DNA of 64,000 nt from Candidatus Oxydemutatoraceae bacterium (GTDB taxonomy: Bacteria; Pseudomonadota; Gammaproteobacteria; Poriferisulfidales; Oxydemutatoraceae), in NCBI GenBank assembly GCA_965218975.1, contig OZ244717.1, positions 234,205 to 298,204 of the forward strand. The letters run 5' to 3'. A model generated the notes under the pieces. That model did not search any database and was not told the DNA's origin. It worked only from the letters and a program-made list of their open reading frames with translations. Of this stretch, positions 58,546 to 64,000 are shown piece by piece (the stretch's first letter is position 1; each line of letters begins with the position of its first letter). The position numbers and the translations under genes are program-made.

Positions 58546-58749
58546 CATTGTTATCCGGTAGTAGGCAATAAGATGTACATGCCATTAGTACGGAGCACAG
58601 AAATTAATCGGCGCCCTTATCTACATTGGGATATAAAGCTAGACTCAAAATATATTAGAATGGCAGTTTGTTTGAGAGGTTGATAGTCATAAAATGTGCA
58701 ACTCTCGAAAGTTTGTGAAACGATGATTAACACGGAGGAGGTATAAGTA

Positions 58750-60012
58750 ATGGCGAATAAACATCATGATACGCCCATGCTTGACGAACTGGAGAATGGC
58801 CCTTGGCCAAGTTTTATCTCCGGAATTAAACGGTTGAGAGATGAGCATCCTGATCAACGTGTCAGCGGTGTTGCCGACGATTTACTTGGGCAACTTGAAC
58901 ACTCCTATGAAACACGTAAAGGTTATTGGAAGGGTGGTACGGTTAGCGTATTTAGGTATGGCAGCGGTATCATTCCGCGGTTTTCGGAAGTAGGTCATGC
59001 TTTCCCAAAATCCAAAGAATTTCATACTCTGCGTGTACAACCTCCTGCAGGAAATTATTACACAACAGACATGTTGCGTAACCTTGCCGAAAGCTGGGAG
59101 AAATGGGGTTCGGGGCTAGTAACTTTTCATGGTCAGACCGGCAATATTATGTTTATCGGCGCAAATACTGAAAACACCCAACACTTTTTTGATGAAATCA
59201 ATGATTATGGTTGGGACTTGGGCGGTGCGGGCCCTTGTGTGCGGACGGGTCAGTCGTGTGTGGGTTCGGCGCGTTGCGAGCAGTCCAACATTGATGAAAT
59301 GAGAATTCATCGCACTTTGCTGAATAACTTTACCGATGATGTGCATCGTCCTTCTCTCCCGTATAAATTCAAGTTCAAAGTTTCAGGTTGCAGCAATGAT
59401 TGTATGAACTCGATTGAGCGTGCCGATTTCTCGATCATCGGAACTTGGTGCGATGATATGAAAGTAGATCAGAACGAGGTAAAAGCTTTCCTTAAGAAGA
59501 AAGGGCATCAGTATATGATTGACAACGTGATTACACGCTGCCCGACAAAAGCTTTGTCGCTGAGCGATGATGACGAACTAAAAGTTGATAACCGAAACTG
59601 CGTGCGATGTATGCACTGCTTGAACGTTATGCCGAAAGCTTTGTCGCCGGGCGATGATAAGGGTATTACCGTCCTGATCGGAGGAAAGCGCACGCTTAAA
59701 ATCGGCGACATGATGGGAACGGTGATTATGCCGTTTATGAAGCTGAAAACAGAGGAAGATTACGAGAAGCTTGTTGAGCTTGCTGAGGAGACGATTGATT
59801 TCTGGGCTGAAAACGGTTTGGAACATGAGCGTTGCGGCGAGATGATCGAACGAATCGGTTTGGTTAACTTCCTAGAGGGTATCGGTGTTGAAGTTGATCC
59901 GAATATGATTACCGACCCGCGTACCAGTTCCTATGTGCGCACCGACGGCTGGGATGAAGAAGCGATCAAATGGCTACAGCGTAAAGCCGAGAATAAGCAA
60001 GCAGTTGCTTAG
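58750..60012 (+). CDS. dsrA: Dissimilatory sulfite reductase alpha subunit (reverse/oxidative type in this gene context).
   Basis: RBS GGAGGAGGtataagtaATG. Siroheme/4Fe-4S Cys motifs CVRTGQSCVGSARC and CSNDC. Ferredoxin-like insert CPTKAL...CVRCMHC. 420 aa, followed by dsrB, dsrEFH and dsrC. Confidence 0.85.
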   Translation: MANKHHDTPMLDELENGPWPSFISGIKRLRDEHPDQRVSGVADDLLGQLEHSYETRKGYWKGGTVSVFRYGSGIIPRFSEVGHAFPKSKEFHTLRVQPPAGNYYTTDMLRNLAESWEKWGSGLVTFHGQTGNIMFIGANTENTQHFFDEINDYGWDLGGAGPCVRTGQSCVGSARCEQSNIDEMRIHRTLLNNFTDDVHRPSLPYKFKFKVSGCSNDCMNSIERADFSIIGTWCDDMKVDQNEVKAFLKKKGHQYMIDNVITRCPTKALSLSDDDELKVDNRNCVRCMHCLNVMPKALSPGDDKGITVLIGGKRTLKIGDMMGTVIMPFMKLKTEEDYEKLVELAEETIDFWAENGLEHERCGEMIERIGLVNFLEGIGVEVDPNMITDPRTSSYVRTDGWDEEAIKWLQRKAENKQAVA

Positions 60013-60058
60013 GCGCAATCGCGGTACTACAATCAATAATTCATAAGGATACTTAAGA

Positions 60059-61135
60059 ATGCCAACACAACAACATCGTGAACCTATTGAATCCGGTTGC
60101 CCCGACGGGTTTCAGTACATGCATCCCGTGATGCGTAAGAATTATGGGAACTGGGCATACCATGAAGACCCGCGCCCGGGTGTTTTGCGTCACGTTTCTA
60201 AAGACGGCGATGCGATTTGGACAGTACGTGTCGGTACACAGCGGATTCTTGACGTTTTTACTTTACGCAAGCTATGTGACATCGGCGACAAATATGCCGA
60301 AGGCTATGTACGTTTTACGATTCGCAGCAATATCGAATACATGGTCGCAGACGGCACGAAAGTCGAGCCTTTAATTGTAGCGCTGGAAGCCGAAGGATTT
60401 GTCGTCGGCGGAACGAAAAACTCGGTAGCGATGATTTCTCATACTCAAGGGTGGTTGCATTGTGATATTCCCGGAACGGATGCTTCGGGTGTGGTAAAAG
60501 CAATGATGGATGAGTTAATCGAAGAATTCAAGGGCTGGAACATGCCGAACCGCGTGCATATAACGACTTCATGCTGCCAGATTAATTGCGGTGGACAAGG
60601 TGATATCGCAATCAATGTGCAGCACACTAAGCCGCCTAAAATCAATCATGATCTGGTTTCTAACGTTTGTGAGCGCCCGTCGGTGGTCGCGCGCTGTCCG
60701 GTTGCGGCGATTCGTCCGGCAATGGTTAACGGCAAACCCTCGTTAGAGGTGGATGAGAAGAAATGCATTTGTTGCGGTGCTTGTTATCCGCCGTGCCCCC
60801 CGATGCAAATTAACGATCCCGAACATACCAAACTTGCGATCTGGGTCGGCGGGAATCATTCCAATGCACGCGGCAAGCCTACGTTTCAGAAGTTGGTTGC
60901 CGCCGGGATTCCGAATAACCCTCCGCGCTGGCCGGAAGCGACTGCAATTGTTAAAAGTATTTTGCAAGTGTATCGTGAAGATGCCAAAGATTGGGAACGG
61001 ATAAATGATTGGATCGAACGAATTGGTTGGCCGCGTTTCTTTGAATTGACCGAGCTGCCGTTTACTAAATTTCATATTGATAATTGGTTGGGCGCACGTC
61101 AAAGTCTGAATGCTTCAGCCCACATTCGTTTCTAA
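60059..61135 (+). CDS. dsrB: Dissimilatory sulfite reductase beta subunit.
   Basis: Cys motifs CCQINCGGQGD and CPVAAI...CICCGACYPPCP. 358 aa. Directly follows dsrA. Confidence 0.85.
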   Translation: MPTQQHREPIESGCPDGFQYMHPVMRKNYGNWAYHEDPRPGVLRHVSKDGDAIWTVRVGTQRILDVFTLRKLCDIGDKYAEGYVRFTIRSNIEYMVADGTKVEPLIVALEAEGFVVGGTKNSVAMISHTQGWLHCDIPGTDASGVVKAMMDELIEEFKGWNMPNRVHITTSCCQINCGGQGDIAINVQHTKPPKINHDLVSNVCERPSVVARCPVAAIRPAMVNGKPSLEVDEKKCICCGACYPPCPPMQINDPEHTKLAIWVGGNHSNARGKPTFQKLVAAGIPNNPPRWPEATAIVKSILQVYREDAKDWERINDWIERIGWPRFFELTELPFTKFHIDNWLGARQSLNASAHIRF

Positions 61136-61163
61136 AATTAATCGTTAGTTGAAGGAATGAAGT

Positions 61164-61556
61164 ATGAAGTTTGGCGTTTTAGTCAACGAAGGACCTTATA
61201 CACACCAAGCTACGGATACCGCCTACCACTTCGTTAAAGCAGCATTGGAAAAAGGACACGAAATATTTCGGGTCTTTTTTTATCACGACGGCGTTAATAA
61301 CGGCACCCGTTTGATGGTGCCGCCTCAAGACGAACGCAATATCACGCAGCTTTGGAGCGAACTTGCTGAGAAGCATCAGCTGGATTTGGTCTTGTGCGTC
61401 GCCGCGGCACAAAGGCGCGGTATGCTGGATGCCGACGAAGCAAAGCGACATGGTAAAGATACGGATAACATCGCCCCCGGGTTTCGCATTTCCGGTTTGG
61501 GGCAGCTGATTGAAGCCGGGATACAATCCGATCGGCTAATCGTGTTCGGAGATTGA
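61164..61556 (+). CDS. dsrE: Sulfurtransferase DsrE.
   Basis: 130-aa DsrE/DsrF-fold protein in dsrEFH order after dsrAB. Conserved Cys in LCVAAAQRRG. Confidence 0.8.
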   Translation: MKFGVLVNEGPYTHQATDTAYHFVKAALEKGHEIFRVFFYHDGVNNGTRLMVPPQDERNITQLWSELAEKHQLDLVLCVAAAQRRGMLDADEAKRHGKDTDNIAPGFRISGLGQLIEAGIQSDRLIVFGD

Positions 61557-61978
61557 CCCGAATGCCCGCAAGCGGCCAAGTCAAGAAGTTCCTATACGTA
61601 AATCGGAAAGCGCCGTACGGAACAATTTATGCTTTGGAATCGCTTGAAGTTGTACTGACCGGTGCTGCGTTTGAGCAGGACGTTAGCCTTGCCTTTATTG
61701 ATGACGGCGTTTATCAGTTAAAAAAGAATCAAAACACGCAAGGCATCAACATGAAGAATTTTTCACCGACCTATAACGCTTTAGGCGATTACGATGTCCG
61801 TAAGGTGTACGTAGAAAAAGAGTCGCTGGAAATGCGTGGTCTAACCAAAAGTGATTTACTAGACCTAAAATACGAGGATGAAGATGACGATTGGACGGAA
61901 AAAGACTCTATCCGTATCGTCGATAAAGAAGAGCTCGCCGGCATTATGGATGGTCAGGACGTGGTGTTGAGTTTCTAA
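61553..61978 (+). CDS. dsrF: DsrF (DsrE/F-like subunit).
   Basis: 141 aa. Overlaps the dsrE stop. Position between dsrE and dsrH. Confidence 0.75.
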   Translation: MTRMPASGQVKKFLYVNRKAPYGTIYALESLEVVLTGAAFEQDVSLAFIDDGVYQLKKNQNTQGINMKNFSPTYNALGDYDVRKVYVEKESLEMRGLTKSDLLDLKYEDEDDDWTEKDSIRIVDKEELAGIMDGQDVVLSF

Positions 61979-61979
61979 C

Positions 61980-62288
61980 ATGTCAGTGTTGCACACCGTC
62001 AATAAGTCCCCTTTTGAGCGCAATACTGCCGCTTCGTGCTTGCGTCTGGCAAAGCTCGGTAGCGCTATTTTGTTTATTGAAGATGGAGTCACTGCCGCAT
62101 TAAAAGAGACCAAGTTTGCGCAAAAAATAATTGTTGCCGATAACCGTTTCAAATTTTATGTGCTTGTTTCGGATTTAATAGCGCGTGGTTTTGATGAAAG
62201 CAATATAATAACGGGAGTAACGGCTGTCGATTATGGCGGTTTTGTTGACTTGGTTGCCGAGTATGACAGTGTTCACGCTTGGCTGTAA
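61980..62288 (+). CDS. dsrH: DsrH.
   Basis: 102 aa. N-terminal MSVLHTVNKSPFERN..L is typical of DsrH/TusB. Position is dsrEFH. Confidence 0.75.
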   Translation: MSVLHTVNKSPFERNTAASCLRLAKLGSAILFIEDGVTAALKETKFAQKIIVADNRFKFYVLVSDLIARGFDESNIITGVTAVDYGGFVDLVAEYDSVHAWL

Positions 62289-62332
62289 AGTGAATTATTT
62301 ATTTCTTTAATTTAATATAGGAGAACGAAATC

Positions 62333-62665
62333 ATGGCTCTGGAAGTAGATGGTAAAAGCTATGAGACCGACGAAGAAGGATATCTCGCCAACCTCAGCGA
62401 TTGGAGACCTGAGTTGGCTACGGCAATGGCAAAAGCCGATAATGCCGAACTAAGTGAGAATCACTGGAAAGTAATTAACTTTTTGCGCGAGTACTATGAA
62501 GAATATCAAATCGCGCCGGCAGTTCGTGTTTTAACTAAGGCAATCGGCAAGCGGCTGGGTAAAGATAAAGGGAATAGCAAATACTTGTACGAATTGTTTC
62601 CGTACGGTCCGGCAAAGCAGGCTTGCAAATATGCGGGTCTGCCTAAGCCGACAGGTTGCGTTTAG
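62333..62665 (+). CDS. dsrC: DsrC, sulfur-carrier substrate of DsrAB.
   Basis: C-terminal conserved arm ...CKYAGLPKPTGCV with two Cys residues (penultimate Cys). 110 aa. Confidence 0.9.
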   Translation: MALEVDGKSYETDEEGYLANLSDWRPELATAMAKADNAELSENHWKVINFLREYYEEYQIAPAVRVLTKAIGKRLGKDKGNSKYLYELFPYGPAKQACKYAGLPKPTGCV

Positions 62666-62728
62666 TTATCGATATTCGATTATTACAGTGGTGCTCTCAG
62701 TTTTGAGAGCGGTGAGTTGAGAGGAAGC

Positions 62729-63466
62729 ATGTCGGTTATGACGGTTGTGTACACGGCGCTTTTTTACATTGCGACTGCGGTGTTAGTGTTCGGTAGCGGG
62801 TGGAAAATTTGGTGCTACATGCGTATCCCCGCACCTCTGATAATTCCCACGACACCCGCGCCGACAAGTCGACGAGGAGTTGTTTTTAGAATTTTCAAAG
62901 AAGTGGTTATGTTTGAGAGTTTGTTTAAATCAAACAAATGGATTTGGTTATTCGGTTGGTTGTTTCATTTCGGTTTATTTCTTGTTCTGCTACGTCACCT
63001 GCGTTATTTTACCGAACCGGTTTGGTTTTGGGTTGAGTGGCTGCAGCCATTCGGCAAGTACGCCTCGTTTATGCTTATAGCCGGTCTTGTCGGATTGTGG
63101 TTGCGTCGTCTGGTTGTAGATCGGGTGAGGTATATTTCTTCTCCCTCCGACCACTTAATGTTGTTATTGCTGTTTGCGATCGGCGTCAGTGGGATGATGA
63201 TGACTTTCGCTTTCAAAGTCGACATCGTTGCGACCAAAGCGTTTTTTGTCGGTTTAATGCGGTTCGACTTGCATCCTTTGCCTACCGACGGATGGATGAT
63301 TTTTCATATTACTTTGGTTGCTTTGCTGATGATGGTGTTTCCGATAAGCAAGCTTTTGCATGCACCGGGGCTGTTTTTTAGCCCGACACATAATCAAGTT
63401 GATAATCCGCGTGAGAAGCGTCATGTTACTGCGTGGGCATTAAAGCTTGAATCAAAGGCAAAATGA
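62729..63466 (+). CDS. dsrM: DsrM, membrane dihaem cytochrome b (NarI-like) of the DsrMKJOP complex.
   Basis: About 5 transmembrane helices with His residues in helices (HFGLFLVLLRHLRYF, HLMLLLLFAIG, HITLVALLMM, LLHAPG). Start taken at the ATG at 62729 with a GAGG RBS; the ORF-track start is a TTG at 62717. Confidence 0.75.
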   Translation: MSVMTVVYTALFYIATAVLVFGSGWKIWCYMRIPAPLIIPTTPAPTSRRGVVFRIFKEVVMFESLFKSNKWIWLFGWLFHFGLFLVLLRHLRYFTEPVWFWVEWLQPFGKYASFMLIAGLVGLWLRRLVVDRVRYISSPSDHLMLLLLFAIGVSGMMMTFAFKVDIVATKAFFVGLMRFDLHPLPTDGWMIFHITLVALLMMVFPISKLLHAPGLFFSPTHNQVDNPREKRHVTAWALKLESKAK

Positions 63467-63478
63467 TAAGGAGAATTC

Positions 63479-64000
63479 GTGGCTAATACAGAGTTTCAAA
63501 CCCCCGAGTTTCGTGAATATCGCATCATTCCTAAATTACGGAAAAATGTGATGCGCCACAGCGCTCCATACACCGCCAAGCCGGAATTTCAAAAACCGCT
63601 TGGTTTCCCGGGTGAGTTGGTTGATAACTGGGAGGAAGTCGCGGTTACCAAGCTTGGCGAAATGACGCAAAAATATCGCTCGCTTAAGGTATTTCTTGAT
63701 TCGTGCGTAAAATGCGGCGCTTGCACGGATAAATGCCATTATTACTTGGGCACGGCTGATCCCAACAATATGCCGGTTGCGCGCCAAGATCTGTTGCGCA
63801 AAGTATACCGGCGTTATTACACTTTCAGCGGCAAGTATTTTCCGAAGCTAGTCGGTGCGGAGGATATGACAAAAAAAGTTTTGGACGAATGGTGGACCTA
63901 TTTTCATCAGTGTTCACAATGTCGGCGTTGTTCGGTTTATTGTCCGTATGGAATCGATACCGCAGAGATTTCTATGGCGGCACGTGAGATTATGGATCAT
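63479..64000 (+). CDS. dsrK: DsrK, catalytic CCG-domain/HdrD-like subunit. Partial: it runs off the window end.
   Basis: RBS AAGGAGaattcGTG. Two ferredoxin-type Cys clusters CVKCGACTDKC and CSQCRRCSVYCPYG. The reading frame is open to position 64000. Confidence 0.7.
   Translation, partial: MANTEFQTPEFREYRIIPKLRKNVMRHSAPYTAKPEFQKPLGFPGELVDNWEEVAVTKLGEMTQKYRSLKVFLDSCVKCGACTDKCHYYLGTADPNNMPVARQDLLRKVYRRYYTFSGKYFPKLVGAEDMTKKVLDEWWTYFHQCSQCRRCSVYCPYGIDTAEISMAAREIMDH

Noticed and set aside
58486-58683. 65-aa ORF upstream of dsrA.
   Set aside because: It lies across the IS481 end fragment and the AT-rich dsr promoter region. There is no RBS, and it is probably non-coding.

Overview
This 64-kb window reads as chromosomal DNA from a sulfur-oxidising gammaproteobacterium. 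Housekeeping operons are interrupted by many mobile-element scars and two AT-rich acquired islands.

Core genes I can support:
- a Tat-less molybdoenzyme trio matching cytoplasmic sulfite dehydrogenase SoeABC (11.0-15.6 kb)
- apbC/mrp, dcd, argD, argF
- a complete Pho regulon block: phoU, pstCAB, phoRB
- an ergothioneine cluster egtD / egtC-egtB
- an alanine:cation symporter and nadC
- a moxR-DUF58-DUF4381-batA-batB-batD aerotolerance-type operon
- class I fructose-bisphosphate aldolase
- the start of a reverse-type dsr operon, dsrABEFHCMK, running to the window end

Accessory content:
1. At least seven degenerate copies or fragments of one IS481-family element. Their interiors carry a family of highly structured palindromic (REP-like) units. 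One is amplified into a 195-bp-period tandem array at 7.3-8.0 kb.
2. A 2.4-kb IS1595-family element with intact 37-bp terminal inverted repeats, an 8-bp AAACCATT target-site duplication and three passenger ORFs, inserted into one of those IS481 remnants.
3. An AT-rich Type II restriction-modification pair whose methyltransferase carries an N-terminal HEAT-repeat domain.
4. The best candidate for the undescribed system: a 12-kb island (46.4-58.5 kb) bounded by IS481 left-end sequences and sitting immediately upstream of the dsrA promoter. It encodes a cysteine desulfurase, a DUF4007-like protein, a 1139-aa P-loop ATPase and a PAPS-reductase/PP-loop protein. I interpret this as an SspABCD-type DNA phosphorothioation module. 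It lies convergent with a tightly coupled four-gene operon: a PLD(HKD)-nuclease/SF2-helicase fusion, an 81-aa protein with ATGA-coupled stop/start, a 713-aa SMC/RecF-like ATPase with Cys clusters, and a 156-aa protein. I cannot assign this operon to a described restriction partner (not SspE-like, not DptFGH-like).

Other oddities:
- a Tat-signal histone-deacetylase-family hydrolase next to a secreted ankyrin protein
- a trypsin-like protease ending in a GlyGly-CTERM-like sorting tail
- an FGE-domain protein carrying a perfect in-frame 93-bp tandem duplication
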